Assembly (NCBI RefSeq): GCF_001949145.1
Contig: NW_019091358.1
Span: 3,568,569 to 3,632,568, forward strand
Length of the DNA: 64,000 nt
Reading direction: 5' to 3'
DNA from: Acanthaster planci
Taxonomy: Eukaryota
This document shows, one piece after another, positions 9,450 through 20,858 of the stretch (position 1 is the stretch's first letter; the number at the start of each line of letters is the position of its first letter). The translations under genes and the position numbers were made by a program. The notes beneath the pieces are model-generated. The model ran no database searches, had not been told where the DNA came from, and worked only from the letters and a program-made list of their open reading frames with translations.

Positions 9450-11410
9450 GAAATAAAACAATCCAAAAACATTTTTGGCACGCACGATAGCTCAGTTTTA
9501 GTCATCTAGTATGAACATGGATAAAAATTCAATTTAAATTCCAACAGCTTCAAAATATCTTTTCTATTTTGCTCTGTGACTTTTCAATTATGATAAATTG
9601 CGTTGTACTCAATGGAAATTTCCTATTGTACAGTTCTTATTCTCTTTTTGTTCTTTTTAGCGAAGGGATTGATCATTGGCTAGGTCGGAAAAGACCCCAG
9701 GAAAATACCAACCAGGCAATGAATTGGATCTGAATTTTAAAAGGACATACCCAAGAGGACTTATCCCAGTGATAACATGGAGGTACATGAAGGAAATTAA
9801 GACAACAGTGGTGAAAAAAATTACCGTGGGCATGAGAATATTCAAAATGGAATTGCTTTCATATTTAATCCCCCCCTATAGCTTGATCTCATTTCCATAG
9901 CATTATTTACTTATTTAAGCATGCAGGTACTCCATAATTTAGCCTAGGCCAGTAAACATTAAAAAGGCCAACATGACATGCATGATCAAGCTGTCTAGGC
10001 ATGCTGGCTATGGTAACTTTTCAACACAAATTTCCTGAAGTTGGTTGGTTTATTCGCAATTGACATATCTCCATCAATAAGTAACTGAACTCATACATCA
10101 TTTTATAATTGTTAAAAACATGCCATGACATTTACGCCCTGGAACTTGACATGATCATGATCAGATGATCACAAGTTTGGATAAAATTGTGAGAAATGGT
10201 CATCATCACTTGACCAAATGCACGTACATGCACATGTAACAAATTCTTAAAGAAGTAAATTTTTTTCCGATGATACAAAATCCCAACTTTTTGAATGCAA
10301 ATTTCTCTTGTGGTCCACAGTGCTCCACACTCATTTACATACACAGTGTGATGAAAAGATCTAGGCCTCTTAAAAGTCCTTTCTTTAAGTCAGGGGACAA
10401 AAGGACCCTTCAAAAATCGTATCTAAATACCCTTCATAATCTTTTATTTTTCATATTTTACAAAACAACGATTTTTGTACAAACCTGCCAAGGACTGATC
10501 AAAATCTTTTGACCAAACTATCATCAGACTCAGAAATTCACCGTGAAAAAGTTGAAAACATGGCACCTGTATCCTGGCAAGCTAGAAACAACTGCACATG
10601 CAATCTTTTCCATATTCGTTTGCTGGTAGCTTAGATATTCTCTCCAGTAATGGTCTTCAGTTCATAGGACTGTGACGAAACACGGCATTAGACCGTGTGC
10701 ACAGAGAACGTCATCGCGGTCGTAAATCGACTGGGCTCAGCGGGTGTCCCCATTGATTTACTGCAGCTTTGCCGGAGGCGCTAATGGGTATGATTGCTTG
10801 TGGTTTCTTTTCTTCTGCCTCCACCTCCTTCTACCTACCTTCTTTTCCTACTTCCATTGGTTAAGGCAGTGTTCAGCATCCCTTTTTTTTTCCTCTTTCC
10901 ATTACCATTGGGTGATGTAGTAGGCTTCATGGAATGGTAATAGCACCCTCTATGGTTGTGAGCATTTTATAGCGGAGCCTCTGATGCAGCAAACACAACA
11001 GAAATTCCTCCTGCCAGGATTGCTAGGAGAAACCAGTCAATGTCATTAAGTTCTGTCAATTTTATTCCAGTGTTAACCCTGAAGTTGGCCATTCCAAGCC
11101 CGATTTTTTTCAACGCTCGGTGTGCATGTACAACACTCCTTATCAATGCAAATCAATCTGACATACAGCTTATAGTTGAGATTGTCATTTGAAGTTCAAG
11201 GTCACTACAAGCGTACCAGCCACTGCGTACACTCAACACAGCAGTTGAAAGTGCAGGTATGTTTTTTGGTTGATCTGTTTTGTGAAAGTGGGTGCTGAAT
11301 GAGAACAGTATGCATGATGAACTGCTGTCAAAGTCACTGTAAAAGGTTGCTATATGAAACTAAAGGCATGGCTCGTTAAAAAAAAGGGAAAGAATGGCTG
11401 ACCTCTTTCA

Positions 11411-11700
11411 TGTGGCCAAGTGTTTAGGGTCTGTGGCTTCCAATCATAGGGTTGGTGGTTCGAATCCAGCTGCTGGCAGTACGTTGTGGCCCTTGGCAAG
11501 CCACTTCACCCCTACTTGCCTCTCTGCACCCAGGAGTATAATGGGTACCACCATCAGCTGGGGAAGCAACTTGCGATGGACTGGCATCCCCTCGAGGGAG
11601 GAAAAGAAATATTCTCAGTCGGTTCATGTCAAGGAAACTGCAATAAACACTGGCCTGATAAGCCAAATTGGCTCGGACCAGATTTTTTATTTTTTTTTTC
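11411..11700 (+). mobile_element. tRNA-derived SINE with Deu/Nin-like central domain
   Basis: A box gtggccaagtg, B box ggttcgaatcc, central cttggcaagccact...ctctctgcacccaggagtataatgggtacc, body gcgatggactggcatccc...ggcctgataagcca, T-rich tail. Confidence 0.85.
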
Positions 11701-12885
11701 AGGAAAAAGGGGTGCTTGTAATGAGAAAGATACACGTAGGCGCGATTTTCACAGAATTGGTGTCAAAAAGACCACAAGAGTTATTGAAAAACTCCTGAAG
11801 GCTCGACTACCGTACTTGAGGGGTAGATCTAGTCCCTGGCTCTTTTAGGGTCAAATGAACACACACAATTAACTGCAAAATGATTGTTAAGTTGCCAAAC
11901 CTAAAAGTGATTTGGTTCAGGTAATATCTTATCACCCCTATTGGCTCGAGTGTCTATATTTGAAATCTTCAACACTGCCTTGACGTTACTTTGTGCATGT
12001 GTCTGTGACATCAATGTATGACCTCAACATCATCTTCAATACTTGAAAAGACAACTTACAGTCACTGCGAAAGACAAACTTCTGGATGGACGTTTCTTCC
12101 ACTCCCACTACCATCTCTGCTTCTATCCACTTGCTAACAAGTGCCCTAACAATTACGAAAAAGTTATCTGGGCTGGAGAAATAGAAAGGCCTCACGTCTA
12201 TCAATTAACCACATCGTGCCAGGGGCATTTATAAATGTTGATTCTGTTGGGCCGGAGTATTTTTTTTGTGTGTGTGTTTTCAAAATTCTTTAAAAATTCC
12301 TACCTTCATTTACTGGACACCGACACCCACACAAAGGACTTTCTGGTTTCTATTCTAATCTGACAGACAACATATATTGACGCGGGAGAATTTCAACCAG
12401 GCCTGCTGGCTTGTAAAAAGAGTCCAGATTGTGCTGGATTATCTCCGCTATCGACAGTGAAAACATGTTAGTAATTCCCAGCAGCCTGATCTTTTGTTAC
12501 AAGTATGGTCTTTTGTTACAAGGCCCAGTTCCCTTTGTCCTATTTCAGACACCCCGGCTGTGCATATAAAGAACATACATGCCCAAAATCGGGCTCCCTG
12601 ACAGCAAGTGGTTAATATGAATGATTCCAAAGCCATTTTTGTAATTAAAACAAGCAGAATATACAACACTAACTGTTCAGGGTTGTTTGGCTGCCAGACA
12701 CATCAGTCTGCGTAATTTGTCAAAGTAATTTGCTTACCCAGTGTAACAGGTCAACTCTCCCCAAGGCCAAACAGCCTAGGAGTCTGTAGTTGCCAGTCAC
12801 CACAAGATCCAACAGTGACATTGTTCAATCTCCCATTGTCTCAACATGACCTGTTTGGCTGTTGTTGATTGACCAGTGCATCAAA

Positions 12886-13524
12886 AGGCGTGTTCCCATT
12901 GGACTTTTTTGGTTAACCTCCCGCGGCTTTCCTGTAGAATTAAAAAATTAAATCTGATGGGAACATCAGATTTAAACTACCATCCCTGTCAACTTACCGC
13001 GATCGCAATATAACACTAACAGACCAGAAAGGGTCACGGAAGATTGCCATGTAGCCATGGTAAGTTAGCAGGGGCACAAAAAGTCCAGTGGGAACAATTC
13101 CCATACAATATAGATTGACTGTGTCCACGCTAAATATACGAGCGAGAAGAAAATGGTTGTATGGTTCCCAGCCTCCAGCTCCGTGCGTACTATCATACCG
13201 CACACACACAGTGAGGCATGCCCGGATAAAGCTATACACACATTGTGTAAAGGGCTTTTCCTAAACAAGTTTGTCGTCTCTGTAGCAGATTTGGCCAAAT
13301 TCGTCTGATTCTATCTTTGTTTTTGTCAGATTTTGCCAATTTCATCATGATTTGTACAGCGCAGGCAATGTAATCAGCTGGTCTTTTCAGGCATAACACA
13401 GCGAATAAACATTCTGTTACTGTTAAAAAAGTCCACGTAGGAATGCACAGTAGATTGTCATGAAGGAATGTCACGGTAACTTTCCACGTACCTGCGGAAG
13501 AAAAAGTCCAATTGGAACACGGCT
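12886..13524. mobile_element. MITE with ~25-bp TIRs (PIF/Harbinger-like)
   Basis: Left aggcgtgttcccattggacttttt; the right end reverse-complements to agccgtgttccaattggacttttt. Non-coding interior. Confidence 0.75.
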
Positions 13525-13609
13525 ATTGTGCATCATAATTTCACATCAGCTGCAGTATGTTGCATCTGGCCGGGTTAGGGTCAAGGTCAGTATTTGCAGA
13601 GTGATACAT

Positions 13610-13853
13610 GGGTAATTCCAGAAATTAGGGGTCCGTCTTTTTTGTGTCCGTCACATCTGACATATGATTTGGTAAGTTCTGAAAACATTTCCTAATGTCT
13701 AAGAGTCATGAATTACTGCAAATTACCTGCCAAACAAATAGTAATAGTTTGAAACCAATTCCAGTGATATTTCAAAGTCAAATGACAAAGGTCAGATGTA
13801 ACAGGGACACAAAAATGTCACACTTTTGGACCCCTCAGATTCTGGAATTACCC
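13610..13853. mobile_element. MITE, internally deleted copy (TIR GGGTAATTCCAGA...GGGGTCC)
   Basis: gggtaattccagaaattaggggtcc ... ggacccctcagattctggaattaccc. The right part recurs at ~51260-51396. Confidence 0.8.
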
Positions 13854-16800
13854 ACATGCAGTTTTCACCATTTTTTTTTACTCCTCTTCTAAAGGTAGTA
13901 GACTGCTAGCCCTCTTTGATTCCACAATCTGACCGTCTTGCTTGGACCTTCATCAGTGTTCCAAGAGCAGATATTATGACACTATAAGAGCCTTGATCTG
14001 TGAAATTAAAATAATCATAAAATGACTTAACTAATTCATTCATTTATAATACAAATTGTTCTTTTTACAAAACAAATATTCATTTTCATGTTGTTATTTT
14101 TAAGGAGCTGCAAACAAACTGTTCACAGATTCAAAATTGTGATCTTTCATTGGTCAATTTTGGGCAAAATTATACCCCAAGAAAGGTTAACCGTTGGTTA
14201 TGTTCTCAGCCAGAAACATTTGTCGTCATGTCTACAATGTATACAACATCTGGCATTGTGCAGTCGCTTTAATTTTTAATTTAGTTCTCTAGGACAACAG
14301 ATATTAACACAGAACCGTACATTTTTTTGATGGCTGCACCAAGTGGCAACTTCAACTTTATTTTAAATAAGGAAAGATTTTCAGCTGAAGCAGATACATT
14401 ATTCAATTTATGCCTGATCTTCCTGACCCTATAGGGGAGGGGAAAGGTTATCTCCCCTCCCACACACACACAGTGACATAACACCTTCCATTGCTTTCCA
14501 CCCAACACTGCCCCCTCCCCCTTCGTAATATTTCTTCCCCTCTTTTTTCCCTTTCATGGGTGGAGGGGAAAGCTACCACAGCTGCCTAATTGCGAATTAA
14601 ATCCGAAGGGTTAGCAGGTGTTGATTACATGTACGCGTGCATGAGCATGATGTCATATCCAGACTTACATGTCTCCATCGTTCAGTCATGTCTTACCTGA
14701 TTGCCAGGTGAGTGTGCAGGTGTGGGGTCCAACATCAAAGTGTGCCAATGCAATGCAGGCGTATAGGGTGCATGCCATTACAAGGCAGACCTGGAAAAAT
14801 AGCAAGCTACACCTGCATCACAATAAGAGGAACCCAAACTACCTGAAGAATTTTTAACGGCAAAGTTGCAGGGAGATGAATCAACAGGGACTCACACACC
14901 AATTTTACATGTATCCAACTCCCCCCTCCCAAATTGATCAACCCTTACAAAAAAATGACCAAACTGAAAAACTGAATAAGACTTGAAAACCATTAACTAA
15001 AGTTTAACCCAAAAAAAGGAGCTGGGATGGGGGGGTGTAGAATCACAGATCAACCAAAATTGTATACTTCTCTACTGCTGTGCTCAATGTGCTGTACATG
15101 TAGGCGGGCCAGCACAAACAGTGAATGCGGTCTTCAACTTGAATGTTGGATTGAGCGCACCTAATGTGTACAAAATGAAGCATGGGATGGCCGAGTCACA
15201 GTGCCAGCAGTGACAAGGCACATGGTCCAAACTAAGCCGGCTTTTTAAGCCTTCACCAGCACAGTGTGTCAAACAGAACTCATAAGAATACATGTACACT
15301 CAGACAGGACTCCAGCAGAAAACCACACTCCAGTTATGTGGAACAATACATGACATGTAAGTTGACTCGTCTCTGCTGATCTGTTTCACTGAGTAAGGGG
15401 AACTCGAAAGTTTAAGACCACCTGTAATTTTATTGGTATTTCTGTGACTGGGCCTGCATTACATTGTCTCATTGAATGGTGCATAACATCATTGTTGTAG
15501 TGCCATCTGTATAACCATTTGAATAAATTTTTTTGCAATGGCAGGTCTTGTATGACATTTTGCCTGTAAGGCAGCATGGGTAAAAAAAAAATCTGAAAAA
15601 AGTCTAAGTAATCAGAAAAAAGGAGGGCATACTTAACATCAGACTGTTAACATTTCAAATCATGGAAATGTAGTCAAAGAGCTGCTTAACCAAGATACGA
15701 AGGTTACACACTGAAAATAAACATAAGTTGCCATGATTGATTGGTTTAAGTTTGGGTTTTTTTTCAGGTTGATGCATTTTGTATTGGTGGTCCTAAACTT
15801 TTGCAATAACTGTACAATGTACTGGTATATTACATACTTTTACAGGCATGAAAGCCTCAGGGGAGCTACTCTTATGTTAAAAATAGATTCATTGAAACCA
15901 TGATAGACGCTTGTTGAATGCAACTTATGTGGTGTGCAGTAATTAACATTCTCAGAGATCACAACTGCTGGTGTCTGGAGTTGTACATGTTCATTGCCAG
16001 TGAAGATCTTGAGCAAATCACAGTTGTAACAAAATTATGGTATCGAGATGACAAATAATTCACCGACAGGCATGATGGTCAGGAATTTACCAACTGGCTA
16101 ACTTGAACATGAGAAACTGCTGGGTGAATTAATCAAAAAGGCAATTGAAAAATACCTGTACGTGGCTGATACCGTTCACGGCCGGGGAGCTTTATGCCAA
16201 TGTTTAAGCCTTCCTCCACTTGTTTCTAGTTTAGGAGTAGGGTCACGTATATGGAGGTATAGTCCACTAGGGTGGCCCTAATGAAGTTGAGTCTCTAACG
16301 TGCCACTCTTCGACGTTTCCTTGGCTTTCTTCATGCATTATTCCCAAACCTCTTTGCTGAAAAACTTTGAATTCATTCAGTTACAGTAAATAATGATATT
16401 ATAACCTTTAAAATACATGCCACTGATCACCTCTGTGAACAATTTTGGCGTCATGAAGTTTAAAAACCCAATATTCAAAAACGACAGCATCCAGAAATTG
16501 TCACAAATTCAGCTGAGTGTTCCCTATTTGTGGCACACTTGAACAAATCTCTGAAAATCCCACATCCCAAAGAAAATCTTCAAAGTTGATAAATTCTAGT
16601 ATTACCCCTAAATAAACTTACATGTATTTTCAGAAAAGTAGGCATAATGATAGCAATTACTTTCTTCACTGTGGGTACATTTTCAAAGCACTCGTTTTGC
16701 ACTTCAATAAAAAAGGAAATCAGGTCAACAGACCTACATGTACATGTAATTGCAAAGGCTTTGGAACTCAGGACAGTAGGCCTACATACACGGTGACAGT

Positions 16801-17279
16801 AGCAAGTGCGCGAACTCAACATTTTTGACATGTATGATGTAGGCCTACGGGTACGCGATCATAGATGTAGGCCTATTGAAAGGTAGACCCATAAACAGGG
16901 CTTGACTTATACTCCTCCGTCATACATTGGACCCTGTCCCAATTCATAGGGATTTCTTTCAAAAAACTTTATCCGGGATATCCGGGGGCATAACTAAATA
17001 TCCACTTGATTTTATGAGCTGAAATTGCACTGGTATACATTCACTACTTATGGGTTAAACTATCCCCTAGGTTTTTAATTGCAGAAAACTTGCCTTTTCC
17101 TCGTTTGCCTTTTTTAACTGTTTTCCCACTCCGAGCAAATTTTGCCCCACTTGCACAAAACTGACGGCTGTTTCGTCACCTTCGTGTCACGTCACCGAGA
17201 GCGAGCCATGCTACCAATAATTTGCTGCAAGCAGTGTGTGACTGGACAGGGAACCAGCCAAGGGCATTGTGTATTAGCT

Positions 17280-17635
17280 GCACATGTCAGTACGGGACTA
17301 TGTATATGCGCATGGTGTACATGCAATGTTAGAATTCTGGAAATACTTATATGTCAAAGTTTGACAGTCTGTCAAGAAAGACTGGGATTTTGCCTTCTCA
17401 TCTGAGGTAACTAATGATGCATCCAAGTGCCTGGCCATCCCAAATTACAAGGCAAGGCATCTCATGCACATGTCGGTAAATTTACATGAACACAGTACAT
17501 GCAATGTTAGAATTCTGGAAATATGTGTACTTTAATACAGCCTACAGTGTATGCTAAAGTGTGTCGAGACTAGCTTGGAAGATTTTTATTCATGCTGCAG
17601 CCATGTGCCTGCCTTCAAGAGTTGACAAGACCAAG
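17280..17635. repeat. Degenerate tandem duplication, unit ~180 bp
   Basis: gtacatgcaatgttagaattctggaaata occurs at ~17317 and ~17495, with matching flanks (gcacatgtc; tgc..ccaagtgcctg/ccatgtgcctg). Confidence 0.7.
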
Positions 17636-17991
17636 TTGACTTGGGACCAAGTAGACCCAAGATGGAATTGAGGTGATTCCAGACCAAGTTGGCTACTTCA
17701 CACTGACATGACTGAGGAGTATACAGTGTGTGTGCATTGCAATGATTCGCTGGACCACATCCAAACTTTAAAAAGGCAATTCATAAAGAGTCCAAGTTGC
17801 TCAGACTATAATTGACTGATCTACATCATCCTAAAGCAGTCGCGTCAATTATCATTTCAAAAATTCAAAGATGCACAGCATGCCAATGTGAAGTTGGGCT
17901 AGTAGCACTCAGAAAAATTAATTTTCGACCTTATTGGCCTTGTAAAGGATGGCCTAGTAAGTAGTATTAAAGGCTGCACATGAGCACATCA

Positions 17992-18050
17992 TTAACCCTA
18001 ACACTCCTCAATCCTCCAACAGGTGAAGGATTGAGGAGTGTTAGGGTTAA
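17992..18050. mobile_element. Minimal piggyBac-like MITE / perfect hairpin
   Basis: Perfect 24-bp inverted repeat ttaaccctaacactcctcaatcct / aggattgaggagtgttagggttaa around an 11-nt loop; TTAA flanks with CCCT...AGGG termini. Confidence 0.8.
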
Positions 18051-18399
18051 ATACTTGCTTGGGAGGAACAAACGATTTGCAAGATGTGTGCAAAATCTAA
18101 GTGGGCATATATATATAGTATTTCATTTTCACAAAAATGGGCCACGTAGCCCACTGTAGCCAGTGAGTGAAGGCATGCCTAGTGTTGATCCTAGTCCTAC
18201 TCCTAAGATCAGTCTCAACCTAGCCCCACTAGTGTGGCTAGTCTCAACCATGGAGGAAGGAACACAGGTCTTTTCCTTTCTCCATGCTATGGTCTAAAGG
18301 ACGAGGCCTAGGAATTTTATTCCTGTAAAGTATGGAATAATAAAAACAAAATACATTACTCCATATCACGTAGGTGTGCCAGGGATTCCTCAGAGACTA

Positions 18400-18900
18400 A
18401 TTTCTTACGTCTTGTCATACACAAAGTCGCGAAATAAACGTATAAAACGACCACCGTACGCTCAGTACACTAAAGGCCTACAGAAGCGCGCGTGTACCAA
18501 CGCACCCACGTGTAGCTTTCAGTGTCCGTAAATGGGTTTTCGATGCAGCGTACCCGCGTGAATTTTGCGTAGTGACGTCATGAACACAAAAGCTCTGCTC
18601 GCAAATTCCTAACAGCGCCACCATTCGTCCACATCGGGGGAGTCAGGCGAAGTTCAGTTAATTGTTCTGAGTTCCAAGACCAGCCAGACGAGACGCTAAG
18701 CATCCGTGCGGTGACGGTTCATTTTTGTTCGCGCCCGAGTGCACACGCAGCACACACCAGGTTTCACACCCAGACAGGTACGTGCCCCGCGGCTGTCGGC
18801 ACGGGGTGTGTAGTGTGTGAGCTGTTGTGGTGCGGTGTCATTGGCAGGCCGCGTAATCCTTCATGCGTAGCTGTAAGCGATACTGTAACCAGAGCTTTTG
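18400..18900. promoter_or_regulatory. CpG-rich promoter-like island, possibly bidirectional
   Basis: Abrupt rise in CpG density, palindromic CRE TGACGTCA at ~18573-18580, outward-facing donor-like sites (minus GAC|GTAAGA at 18408; plus CAG|GTACGT at 18778). Confidence 0.45.
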
Positions 18901-19649
18901 TATCCTCGGAATAATAAATCGCCTGAGATTATGGAGGCAGCAAATAAGCTTTTTCTCAGGTCTGTCTTTTTCCCCCCATGGCTCTTCTGGCTTGGAGCTA
19001 CCAGGGTAGAGTTAATGGGCTTATCGCTAACAAACCAAACTTGGCCATTCAAAACTGAGCTCAATCACTCAAGAGAAAAAGGGTTTATCCTTGCTCCTGT
19101 CTCGAAGCATGGCATTTACCAAATAGGAAGAGTTTTTTTTCGTGGGGGGGGGGGCGGTGAGGAAAACAACAAATAATAAACAAGGTTTGTTTTGTGCAGC
19201 TTTGCACCCAGAGTGGTGTTCAAAACATTTTTGGAAATTTGAATTATACGAATACTTTTTTTATTTAGTACATTTGATCAAGTGGATAAACTGTTTACTA
19301 GATGCTTGTGCATGTACTTTGGAAGTTGATGAGCATGATATCATATCAAAATGTCGGTCGAAGATGCGTATGTCCTCCAGTCGATGCCCCTGAACAATTT
19401 AAGAATGCATTTAAAATGCTTTATAGGTTTGTGAACCTAACTCTTACCTGTTCGACAGAAAGGGTTATCTAGTTGTATCTGCTTTGTTGGTGTATCTTGC
19501 ATTGAGACATTAATTCCCAGAATTTTAAACATTCAGACCCCTCCACTGACATTATTTAAACAGGTCTTCAAAAATAGTTACCCGTCTTTCGAGGTTAACT
19601 GATACACAAACACGAATTACACCAATTACACGAATCACTCAAGAGTGAT

Positions 19650-20775
19650 AAGTTTAATCCGAACTCAAACAGTTGGGGCTGGAGCAGGCCATTTGGACGT
19701 GGCGTGCAGTGCTACATTTCGGCCAGGATTAGACTAGATAAGAGGGATTGATCGGAGGCGAATATCGCTTGTTACGATCAGCCCTGGATACGGAGATAGT
19801 CGCTGGGATGACTGACCGTTGACCACCGTGGCCTACAGTCAACGACTGCCGCCTCATCGTCGCTTGTCCGTCCATACCGTCCAGCCACAGTCGGGGGAAA
19901 AATGCAAACGCGAGAGCGCGGTTGGCTGGCTAGCAGCAGAAGGACACAAGTCACGGGAGAGCCAGCTCCATTGAGAGGGAAAAACGTAACTTCTATAAAG
20001 ACCTTCGTTTCTTTTCTGCCCGGCTACTTGTTGCACAGTAGCAACACGGAGATGAAAGGGGATAACACCCCCCTGGTGGAAGGAGTTTATGTATTCAAGT
20101 TGACGGCTCGACAATGATACACGTATTGTCAGTGATGGGGGAGACACGCACTGCATACGCACCGCCCAGAACCTCCGGCCCATGAAGCCGCACTGACACC
20201 GCTAAGCCCCCGATTTGAAGTTCCTGGACCATTTTTGTGTGGGTGTGTGCGCGCGTGGAGAAAGGAAGTTCGGATAATCCATCCCTATAACCGTAGCCTC
20301 AGCCGACCGGATCGGATCGCCCGGTGACGATCGGCGTGACCGCGCTATAAATTTTCCAGAGCCCTGACTTTTTAGGATTGGGTCATAATTCAGGTTCCGT
20401 GAGTTGTTGGGAGTCATCATCATAGACACCATGATCAGCGCGCCGTGGCTGGTGCGGGAGTACAGGTTACTGCAGCTGACAGCATAATCGGCTCGAGAGC
20501 ACAGGAATCTGCTTCGCCTGGCAGTCTGTCTTTGCCTGAACCACCAGAGAATGCTTGCCGCAGTCGTCACCCCGGCTCTGTCACTCCTCTGACGAACTTC
20601 ATCTGTCTCCAAGCACGATGATCATTGGCTTGATCTCAAAAGTTCCCGACCAACGAAAGACTTCCAAAAGTTAAATTCAGTGGAGCTTCACCGACGACTT
20701 TTGCACTGATCGAAACAAAAGAAATTTAAAGCTCTCGCTACAGTGGCAATCTCTGAGAAATTTTATATCACAAAA
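19650..20775 (+). promoter_or_regulatory. Wnt promoter and probable 5' UTR
   Basis: CpG-rich region directly upstream of the Wnt start codon; TATAAA at 20346-20351. TSS inferred ~20375, not observed. Confidence 0.55.
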
Positions 20776-20858
20776 ATGGATATATTTGCTTCACACCACC
20801 GAGGGATCTCTGGCAGGCGATTCCTACACCATTCACATATTCTTCTGACAGTTCTGTG
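20776..20858 (+). CDS. Wnt: Wnt ligand, coding exon 1 (signal peptide)
   Basis: caaaaATG start; MDIFASHHRGISGRRFLHHSHILLTVL + TG, then the strong donor GTGAGT. The phase-2 TG joins the first G of exon 2 to form Trp, giving the hydrophobic stretch ILLTVLWSLSLVQT. This is the typical Wnt exon 1/2 junction. Confidence 0.8.

Noticed and set aside
10780..11095. Minus-strand reading MANFRVNTGIKLTELNDIDWFLLAILAGGISVVFAA... (TM-like)
   Set aside because: Short, interrupted by stops, with no recognisable family or splice support.
11411..11480. tRNA gene
   Set aside because: A/B boxes run into a SINE body with no complete cloverleaf; it is a SINE head.
20202..20612. 136-aa minus ORF over the Wnt promoter
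   Set aside because: Non-ATG start in GC-rich DNA with no motif; likely a chance ORF.
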